Positions 51,451 to 59,589 of a stretch of DNA of 64,000 nucleotides are shown piece by piece. The DNA lies in contig CAXXUA010000013.1 in NCBI GenBank assembly GCA_963663765.2, positions 320,001 through 384,000 on the forward strand. Reading direction: 5' to 3'. The position numbers and the translations under genes were made by a program. The notes under the pieces were generated by a model that saw nothing but the letters and a program-made list of their open reading frames with translations, ran no database searches and had not been told where the DNA came from. This stretch comes from Candidatus Poribacteria bacterium (lineage in GTDB: Bacteria; Poribacteria; WGA-4E; WGA-3G). Each line of letters begins with the position of its first letter. Within the stretch, counting starts at the first letter, position 1.

Positions 51451-51757
51451 AATTTCCTCAAAAAGATTAGTAGTTTATAACTGGGATACAATCTTAAAAT
51501 GTTTTCAAATGATCACTTTTTTCGCTTTTTTGGTAACATTTAATAATTTGATGCAAACCCATTATTAGTAAGGGTTTACAGATGTTTTTATGAATTATTG
51601 GAATTTAAAAATAATTTTCGGAAAGTGTAACATTTTTTAGTTTTTTGTTTTTCATTAAATTGTATGTGTCAGTTTTAGTAATACCAATTCTAAGAATTAG
51701 TGTCGCATTACAGGTTTTAATGTATTTAAAAGAGGCAAATCATTTAGTCAATTACAT

Positions 51758-53035
51758 TTACTCTGGAAACTGTTCGCGTAGGGTCCACAGTCCTTGTCCT
51801 GGTTCACTAATATAGAAAACACCATCATCGTTATACCCATCATCAAGTGTTTCTGGATTGTATTTTGTAAGTACTTCATCTAACTGTGTCCATTCATAAC
51901 CAACCGATTCTATATCTTCTTTGGTTAGATGTTCTGTTGCATAGACAACATTGAAACGTCCCTCAGTACTTCCATGAATTAAGTGTGCAGCAGCAGATAG
52001 ATTTTCTCGGAGTTCAGCATTTTCTCTAACGGCTTTGAGAGTCGCTGATGTGCCGTTGTAGCCATATTTTCTGATGAGTCTATCGATTTCAGGGTCTTCA
52101 CCAAATTCCTGTAAACCAGGGGCAATAATAATCAATTCACTATCATCCTTCATTGCCATTCGTGTGCGGTAGATAGCCTTATTACCAAGCCAAGTGCTTT
52201 TAAACTCTCTTGGATCCAAATAGACAACAACTTTTGACAAAGGTTCGTCTAAGAATGTCATATTGACGTTTCTACTTAATTCTGCTGCTGCTTCAAATGT
52301 CTGTGCATCATCACCGATATATAGTCCACGCATCACACGGTTGTGATTTGCGTCTACATCCATTACACTCATCAGATATATTATTCCCAGTTGTTTCAGA
52401 AAATGTGTGTGTGCATAGTTTAACACTCGCCGGACAGATGTATCTGTTCGTCCCATCAACCGTTCCATCCCATCAACAGCCCCGAGGAAATGTGTTTTGT
52501 TTATCATTTCAACGCCACCAGTTCCTACCAGAATGTTCTTAAACCCATTTGCAATTCCGACAACTTCATGGGGTATTACTTGTCCGACAGAAATAATCAA
52601 GTCGTAGTTTCGATCAACAAGACGTTTGTTGATAGCTACAGGAATACTATAATCAAGTTTTCCACCAGAAACTTCTTGGATAAATTTGGATGGAACTTCA
52701 CCAAAGTGGTACAAGCCTATTCTCCATTGATGGTTATGGTATTTTGCTTTTGGTAAAGAACCGTACATCTCAGCAATTTGTGCTTCAGTCATCGGAGAAT
52801 GTGTGCCGATTGCAGGTAGAATATCAAAGGTGTAACCGTTGGCAGCTTCCCAAAGTTTATAGAGAATACGCGTAAGTTCACCAGCATTTGAATGTAGTCT
52901 GGTAATATCAGGTGGAACGACCAAAACCTTTTTTGGAATCCCTCCCAACTTGAGTAGTGCTTCGTGAAGTAGAGCGCGTTTCTGCTCGGTTGTGATGGTG
53001 GTATCTTTTCCACCGTGTGAAATGTATGTTGCCAT
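51758..53035 (-). CDS. LarA-superfamily (DUF2088) racemase/epimerase
   Basis: PDITR, AIGTH.PMT, PHEVVG..G.KNI motifs. Confidence 0.85.
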   Translation of the reverse strand: MATYISHGGKDTTITTEQKRALLHEALLKLGGIPKKVLVVPPDITRLHSNAGELTRILYKLWEAANGYTFDILPAIGTHSPMTEAQIAEMYGSLPKAKYHNHQWRIGLYHFGEVPSKFIQEVSGGKLDYSIPVAINKRLVDRNYDLIISVGQVIPHEVVGIANGFKNILVGTGGVEMINKTHFLGAVDGMERLMGRTDTSVRRVLNYAHTHFLKQLGIIYLMSVMDVDANHNRVMRGLYIGDDAQTFEAAAELSRNVNMTFLDEPLSKVVVYLDPREFKSTWLGNKAIYRTRMAMKDDSELIIIAPGLQEFGEDPEIDRLIRKYGYNGTSATLKAVRENAELRENLSAAAHLIHGSTEGRFNVVYATEHLTKEDIESVGYEWTQLDEVLTKYNPETLDDGYNDDGVFYISEPGQGLWTLREQFPE

Positions 53036-53318
53036 TTAATATAACTCAATTCTGTAAGTGTATATGAATTTGATCAAGGTTTGCAATGCAAGTATTATTC
53101 AGCCTATGATCTAATGATTACAGTATACAATGGGATGGAAAGATGGTCAAGGTTAATATTAGTTGTAGCGTGTGTAAAGTTTTTTGCGTAGAGAAACGCA
53201 AAATCAACGGTATGAATGCCTTTTCTGCATTCCCCGACTACCGTATAGTGTGTAAGTCCTGTTAATATTGTGTCATTTAGGAATTCAAAAGTAAATTTCA
53301 GATGAAAGATTTGTTTTT

Positions 53319-53595
53319 ATAGGAGCGACCTCACAGTCGCGACCAGGAGGTCGCTCCTACCAACGCAGGGAACGGTCACGACCAGGAGGTCGCTCCTACC
53401 AACGCAGGGAACGGTCGCGACCAGGAGGTCGCTCCTACCAACGCAGGGAACGGTCACGACCAGGAGGTCGCTCCTACCAACGCAGGGAACGGTCGCGACC
53501 AGGAGGTCGCTCCTACCAACGTAGGGAACGGTCACGACCAGGAGGTCGCTCCTACCAACACAGGGAACGGTCGCGACCAGGAGGTAGTTCCAACC
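53319..53595. repeat. Tandem 39-bp REP array (6 copies plus partial)
   Basis: GTC(G/A)CGACCAGGAGGTCGCTCCTACCAACGCAGGGAACG units; same REP family as 17107-17148. Confidence 0.92.
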
Positions 53596-53672
53596 TTAAG
53601 AAACCTATGTAAATTAAAATGTGTGCTTAAACGACAATTGTATGCCTCAAGGTTAATCTTTATGGTAAGTAT

Positions 53673-55322
53673 TTAATACAGCACATGCACTCTGTTATTG
53701 CCGCGCAATGTCTTATCTGACATCACAATTGGCATCTCAATGATAGCGATTAGTGAACCATCATCACTTATGGTAAGTGTATCGTAAGGGAGTTGACCCT
53801 CAGTTCGGTAAGTATAGAGATATTTCTGCAATCCACTACCTTTTGCTGTGAGATCAAATACGGAGATCCCATGTAGACTCTCGTTTGGGTTCTGACTTCT
53901 CTTAGATACTGCCAATGCTGCATATCGTCCTTTACTATCAATTCGTAATCCTTGTGGCATATTTTCAAGTTTCCACTGCCACACTTTTTCACCGGTCCAA
54001 TTATAAGCAAACATCGTCATTCCGTTTGGGTGGAGTGCTGATGGACGTTGCGCGCCCTTTTGCAAGTGGTATGGGATATAGGTGTCTCCTGTAACAAAGA
54101 GAGCGTAAGTGTCGGTTGTGCCAATTGTGCCAGTTGTAGCGATAATTGGTACACCGCTTACTTCAAGGGGAGTTGCTAAATTCTGTTTCCATATAGGTTC
54201 TGATTGGTTCGTATCAAAAATGAATGCGCGCCCATCATCCGTTGTAACGTTGACAAACTTACCGTTAGGTGACATACTCACACCACGCCAAAAAGTGACC
54301 CCTTTATAGTACGGTGTCAGTGGTTTAATCTCTGATTGCCATTTTTCTGAACCAGTATCTATATCAAGAATAGTCAAAGTGCCGTTTCCATTCCCGCTTT
54401 CATCTATGACACACGCGAGTGTTTTTCCATCAGCACTAACATCAAACCATCGGATAATCTTTTGTATGGCTTTATCTTGAGGATACTTCCATACTACATC
54501 CCCATTTGCATCAAATCGGTATAGCATTGACCGTCTTTGAGGTATCCCATTTTTTGACCATGAATGCACACCCGCTACCAATAAATCACCGTTTGGCATA
54601 GTTTGCATACAGGACGTTCCAGGATAACTCACCCATGCGTAAACGCTCTCAGGATTACTTGGTGTAGAAGTTTCAATATCATCTGCAGTTCGGTATTTCC
54701 AACGAAGATTTGGACGATCAGTCGTCAAGTCATAACAGTAGATACATCCATCTGCTGCTTGTTCACCGATGTAAAGCATGGAATTGTTAGAACTAAATGC
54801 AATGTGCTTTACATAACCTTCTGAAATGCGCGTCTTCCATACATTATTTCCAGAAATAGGATCTACAATCGCTAAATGTCCTCTGTCAGTAGCGATTGCG
54901 AGTTTTTGACTCTCCGTTCCGTGTCCGAATACAATCGCTGTCGGTTTTGCAGGTTGACGTAAGTTCTCCATAAGCGACAATAGTCCATCCAAATCAACCG
55001 TTCGTATTAGGTAAGGTGACGGTTTTAACGGTGAGCTTACTTCTGTAATGACTTTATTGACAAGAATCTTATACTGGACATTAGGTTGCCATATGAAAGT
55101 TAAAAGAACACGTTTCTCATCAATTTTTTCAAAAGGGACTGTATCATAAGATGTACCTTGTTTTCTTTCGTTGACCTTAAAAACCGTATTAGGTTCAATT
55201 TTCGTTTCAGTTTCCAGAACGACCCCAGTCCGAACCCAGGTAACATTCAGTTCTGCATTAACAACTCCAATAGGTATATAAATTAACAGCAATAGTAATA
55301 TAATAATTCGCAAATTCTTCAT
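53673..55322 (-). CDS. Secreted PQQ/WD40-like beta-propeller protein in the B12-regulated operon
   Basis: Signal peptide; repeated D..TG...W / G.VVW.Y propeller signatures. Confidence 0.75.
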   Translation of the reverse strand: MKNLRIIILLLLLIYIPIGVVNAELNVTWVRTGVVLETETKIEPNTVFKVNERKQGTSYDTVPFEKIDEKRVLLTFIWQPNVQYKILVNKVITEVSSPLKPSPYLIRTVDLDGLLSLMENLRQPAKPTAIVFGHGTESQKLAIATDRGHLAIVDPISGNNVWKTRISEGYVKHIAFSSNNSMLYIGEQAADGCIYCYDLTTDRPNLRWKYRTADDIETSTPSNPESVYAWVSYPGTSCMQTMPNGDLLVAGVHSWSKNGIPQRRSMLYRFDANGDVVWKYPQDKAIQKIIRWFDVSADGKTLACVIDESGNGNGTLTILDIDTGSEKWQSEIKPLTPYYKGVTFWRGVSMSPNGKFVNVTTDDGRAFIFDTNQSEPIWKQNLATPLEVSGVPIIATTGTIGTTDTYALFVTGDTYIPYHLQKGAQRPSALHPNGMTMFAYNWTGEKVWQWKLENMPQGLRIDSKGRYAALAVSKRSQNPNESLHGISVFDLTAKGSGLQKYLYTYRTEGQLPYDTLTISDDGSLIAIIEMPIVMSDKTLRGNNRVHVLY

Positions 55323-55382
55323 TTTATATCTCCAGTAAAGTTAAGTGTGATATGTTTCTTTTTTTGTTTTGATGTCAATCAA

Positions 55383-57302
55383 CTACTCAGTCACCCTCCA
55401 CAATCCACGACCTAATTTTGAACCGAGCAGCACACCGATGAAGGTATACATAAAACCTTCCAGAATTACTCTTAATAAGATGTACCAGTTTGCATAAAAA
55501 AGTCGGTAAAACAGGATCGAAAGTTGAAAATCTACATACACTGCTATTGCATCACAAACTGCAAGACCGATCGCCCATGCGAACAATCCCCGCTTGCGTA
55601 CCAGCCCAAAGCCTGTCTCCAATAGCAAAATACTTGTACCCGTGTAAATAATAGTCATTGGAGAAAAAAGACCCAGCGTAACAGCACCGAGTAGCAGACG
55701 AACTGCAGAGACAAGTAGAATAACCCCACCTTTTGTTGTATCTTGGTTGTTTCCAAACTCCAGTGATTTCTCTTTATCTGGTGCACCATAGATATAAAAC
55801 AATAGTGCAGTTAGTATCGCATAATAGAGAGTTTCATTGACCAAACCTGTTAGAATGACAGAGAATGGACCGAGGATCGCAGTAATGATATTCAAAAAGA
55901 GTGTTGATGGTACAACGACAGTAACGAATATCGTTGTACCAAATATTGCTATAACAATAAGCTGCTTAGTTGAGAAACGTATAAAAAAGCGTTTGTGAAA
56001 CCCAAGTAAAACAAATAGTCCAATACAACTTGAGAGAATTGCAAGTCCGCTTACAAATAGTGCGTGTCTGTTTGGAACAACGATGTGAAGTGGTCTTTTT
56101 TCGTTAATGATTGTAGTATCAGTACCCCATAGCTTAACAGTAATGTCTCGTTCGTATTCGCCAGCAATAGCAGAATGGGGTTGGAAGTAAATTGGTAAAG
56201 AAATAGAAGTATGTTCACCTCCAGCTAAACTCGCGAAACTAATACTCTGATTCGTTCCTGCATTTACTGCATCCGGTGGTGCAAGAAAGGATACTGCTTC
56301 ACCAGAATTCAAATCACGATTTATGGAGGACACTACCACGTGTATTGTCTCATCACCATGATTCATCAATCTAACAGTTTGAAATGTTATAGGCTCAAAA
56401 GGATCCGTTTGTTCTTTTCCAAGCAAGCTGAACAGTGGACGTGGATGATATATTGCATCTTTCCGTTGCCGTTGGTCTGCTTTACCATCAGAATCTGTAG
56501 GCATATCAATAGAAGTAACGGATAGTTGCTCAACAATGTCGGAGATAGGTACTATCCTTACCTGTAAGTATGTTTCCTGTTCCCATGTCTCACCATCTGA
56601 TGTTGTAAATTGAATTCTACCTGTTAAATCATAAGTATCTTTATGATTTGGTGAACCATTTATAACATCAGGTGGAGTTAGAACAATTTCATGAAACCAG
56701 ACTTCTGAAGCAACACTAAACGAGCCAGTGATTGAAAAACATTTCTGCTCACCTTTAGTTTTTATCACCCAATCCTCTGGAATCCCAGAAACTTCAAATG
56801 ACGTAGGTAGACATAACTCCACAGTATAGTTAGTCGGTGCATTCCCATTGGTAACAATTATCGTTGCAGTCATCTCGCTATCAATCGGAATAAGACTTTT
56901 CTGTTGATTTTGTATTGACGTTGGATGTGATAATCCACTTGATGTACCATAGGGAATTGCTATATCTAAAGTTCCTTGCGAAGAAGTCTTTGGTGCTTGA
57001 ACTGTCAGTATACTTATCTGTTCCGAAGACAAGGTCGCTTCAAACGTATATATTTCACCTGCTTGCCATTCAAAAAAAAGTGTTTCTATCTCTCTTGGTT
57101 TACTGGGAAATCTGATTTGTGCAACCATTGTACCCTCGGAATTGAAGGCAGATACCTGTTGAATCGGTGTCTTTTCTGTAAAATGGATTTTTGCACCGAG
57201 GTTGATAAAGGATATCTGCCATGATAATTCTCTCTCAGGTGTTTTCTGTGTACAAGCGAAGAAAAGTATCAATAGAAAAGGTAAGATTCCCCACTTGTGC
57301 AT
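55383..57302 (-). CDS. Lipoprotein-like extracytoplasmic beta-rich region fused to a multi-TM domain resembling an ECF-transporter S component
   Basis: FFAC lipobox; ~410-aa soluble region; 6-7 TM helices including FSTKQLIVIAIF. Confidence 0.6.
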   Translation of the reverse strand: MHKWGILPFLLILFFACTQKTPERELSWQISFINLGAKIHFTEKTPIQQVSAFNSEGTMVAQIRFPSKPREIETLFFEWQAGEIYTFEATLSSEQISILTVQAPKTSSQGTLDIAIPYGTSSGLSHPTSIQNQQKSLIPIDSEMTATIIVTNGNAPTNYTVELCLPTSFEVSGIPEDWVIKTKGEQKCFSITGSFSVASEVWFHEIVLTPPDVINGSPNHKDTYDLTGRIQFTTSDGETWEQETYLQVRIVPISDIVEQLSVTSIDMPTDSDGKADQRQRKDAIYHPRPLFSLLGKEQTDPFEPITFQTVRLMNHGDETIHVVVSSINRDLNSGEAVSFLAPPDAVNAGTNQSISFASLAGGEHTSISLPIYFQPHSAIAGEYERDITVKLWGTDTTIINEKRPLHIVVPNRHALFVSGLAILSSCIGLFVLLGFHKRFFIRFSTKQLIVIAIFGTTIFVTVVVPSTLFLNIITAILGPFSVILTGLVNETLYYAILTALLFYIYGAPDKEKSLEFGNNQDTTKGGVILLVSAVRLLLGAVTLGLFSPMTIIYTGTSILLLETGFGLVRKRGLFAWAIGLAVCDAIAVYVDFQLSILFYRLFYANWYILLRVILEGFMYTFIGVLLGSKLGRGLWRVTE

Positions 57303-57314
57303 AAAGAATACCAG

Positions 57315-58613
57315 TTAGAAATAGTTTGCCACAAGGACTAAATCAAGGATGTTCACCTCTCCATCGGTGTTTACATCACCTGTAATTCCAGGACCTCTTT
57401 GTCCGAAAGCTTGACCGACAATTACTAAGTCTTTTATGTTCACAAACCCATCATCGTTAACATCTTCATTTCTTGGAATAATCTGAACAATTGTAACATT
57501 ATCAGTGCCAAAACCGAGTTCATAGGTTTTCAGGAGTGTCTCATCTGAATCCATCACAATCATTGTTGACAATCCGCTTTGTGTCCAATCAGGTTTTGTT
57601 ATGTAGAGATTACCATCATGTCCGAAAGCCATTCCAGACCCACCAGCAAACGCACTGAGTGTGTTGTTTCGATCGCGTATCCATTCTTTGGTATGGACAT
57701 CGTAGATTAGCAATCCAGGATGCTGCCACCCTCCTTGAATAAACAGTTGTTTCTCCGAATTGATTGCTATTGCACCCGGTGTCGTCCTTGTGTTAACCTC
57801 AGTGATGATTTCATCAGTAGTCGTGTCAATTAGCACGAGTCTGCCCGTTATCAAATTGTAATCACCTGTGGTCTTTACGATAACAGTAGATTCACCGTCA
57901 TTCACTATTCCAGTAGCGTTTATTGGCATTGGAATAGATTTTAACACAGTGTCAGTCTGTGTATCAATTACTGTCACGCTGCTCTGATGGTAAATGGATT
58001 TACCTGCAAGCGCATCCCACTCCCAAGCGGGATTGGTCACATACGCTTTTCCATTCAAGAGTGTGATCCCCGTAGTTTTGTTCATGGATGGGTCGGTGAT
58101 AACTTTGGTCACTTTGCGTGTATCAATATTAACAACCAATACTTGATGAGCATTGTCACAGGTAACGTACATCTTAGTAGAATTAATAAGTGCCATGTTC
58201 TGTGGATAAGCTCCAGGAGGGATTGCAATTCTACCAACATACTTTCTATTTTCAAGATTAACAATTTCAATGGTATCGCTTTGGTCTCCAGATAACCAAT
58301 CAAAACGTGTTATATATGCAAGATGTCCATGAACCAGAATGTCAGTAGGAACATCCCCTATAGTGACAATCTCATCGTCAACAGCGCGTTGTAAATTCGG
58401 TTCATCTAAATCAATGATTGAGATCGTTGAAGTGATATGCCAATCTTCTCTATCAAGTGAATTCAAAACGACAGCAAGATTTTGGACATCTGATTGAGCA
58501 AGCGTGGAACCTACGAGGGATGTGAAAAGTAGAGCACTGATGAGTATCAGTGAATGTAGTTTATGTGTTGTGTAGAAACCGAAATGTCGCCTAAAGAAAA
58601 AACCTGTTTGCAT
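57315..58613 (-). CDS. YncE/BtuG-like beta-propeller with a C-terminal dockerin-like double EF-hand
   Basis: KMYVT/KAYVTN/VTVIDT blades; DVNDDGFVNIKDL..GDVNTDGEVNILDL; ATG at 58613 after GGAGG. Confidence 0.78.
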   Translation of the reverse strand: MQTGFFFRRHFGFYTTHKLHSLILISALLFTSLVGSTLAQSDVQNLAVVLNSLDREDWHITSTISIIDLDEPNLQRAVDDEIVTIGDVPTDILVHGHLAYITRFDWLSGDQSDTIEIVNLENRKYVGRIAIPPGAYPQNMALINSTKMYVTCDNAHQVLVVNIDTRKVTKVITDPSMNKTTGITLLNGKAYVTNPAWEWDALAGKSIYHQSSVTVIDTQTDTVLKSIPMPINATGIVNDGESTVIVKTTGDYNLITGRLVLIDTTTDEIITEVNTRTTPGAIAINSEKQLFIQGGWQHPGLLIYDVHTKEWIRDRNNTLSAFAGGSGMAFGHDGNLYITKPDWTQSGLSTMIVMDSDETLLKTYELGFGTDNVTIVQIIPRNEDVNDDGFVNIKDLVIVGQAFGQRGPGITGDVNTDGEVNILDLVLVANYF

Positions 58614-58629
58614 TAATACCTCCGTAATG

Positions 58630-58668
58630 AAACAAGAAACCCCTGCTTTCATAGGAAAGACAGGGGAC
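58630..58668 (-). terminator. Intrinsic terminator in the riboswitch expression platform
   Basis: Minus strand CCCCTGTCTTTC-CTAT-GAAAGCAGGGG-TTTCTTGTTT, just upstream of the SD. Confidence 0.65.
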
Positions 58669-58809
58669 AAGGGACACTTCGTATAACTATGATCCTGATA
58701 TTTAGGTTGATTGAGAAATATTTTATCAGTATTTCTATTCTATTTTGTCAGGATTACGTTGTGCTTTATTCCACCGCTTTCCCGCGAAAGCAGATTTGTG
58801 AAACACGAT

Positions 58810-59014
58810 CCAGGCAGGTCTCCTGACTTCCGATTAATTGGGTAGTTTACAATCAAAACTGGTACTACCTATCCCGCTGTGCCTTCCCATCAACCATTGA
58901 CAGTGGACTTTTACAGCGGTTATTCCTATTTAGGAATAAATCGTTTACAGTGGCGGGGCCGTGGCGGATTTTCACCGCGCTTCCCTATTCTCCGAACTTC
59001 GGCACCTGAACCGT
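58810..59014 (-). ncRNA. Cobalamin (AdoCbl) riboswitch
   Basis: Minus strand AGGTGC...AATAGGGAAGCGCGGTGAAAATCCGCCACGGCCCCGCCACTGTAA...CCACTG...TGGGAAGG...AAGTCAGGAGACCTGCCTG (B12 box). Confidence 0.95.
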
Positions 59015-59269
59015 TCATTATATTTAATTATTGATGTGTAAATTATATCAGATGACAGTATATTATGCAAATTTTTCTGAAATTAGAGGTGTGTAAAGTT
59101 TTTGTAGAAACCCTGATATTATATTGAAATCTAAAAAATATGTTTACATTTATTTGAATTTTGCTATATTTTAGTGTAGTTTGGACAGTTTATTACAAAT
59201 ATAAGTTGATGAGAAATTGGTTCACCGCTTATGTTACCAAATCAATACACTACGAACAAAACGCAAACC

Positions 59270-59425
59270 CTCTTTGCTCCAGCGGAGCATTATGTTTATA
59301 GCCAAATTGTCAACTGACAACTCCGCTCCAGCGGAGCGGTATGTGAGTTACAACACATAGCAATCCGCTGGAGTACAAGAATGGGGGATACCATTTTATA
59401 TAAACATAGTTCTCCGCTGGCGTGC
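59270..59425. repeat. Cluster of GCTCCAGCGGAGC palindromic REP-like repeats
   Basis: GCTCCAGCGGAGC twice, plus TCCGCTGG partial copies. Confidence 0.6.
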
Positions 59426-59589
59426 GGTATTTTATAAAGTTTCACGAATATGCGATCTAGTAGATAAATAGAAACACCTTTGAAAACAACTAGCAACAAA
59501 CGGAATATGACCAAACTATAGTATTTTTTTAAACCGTTCTTAAGAATTTCCTACTCATTATAACCGAAATCTAATTAGGAATTCTGTAT

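Noticed and set aside
53317-53595. CRISPR array or 72-aa repeat protein
   Set aside because: Head-to-tail REP copies with no spacers; the ORF is a by-product of the 39-bp period.
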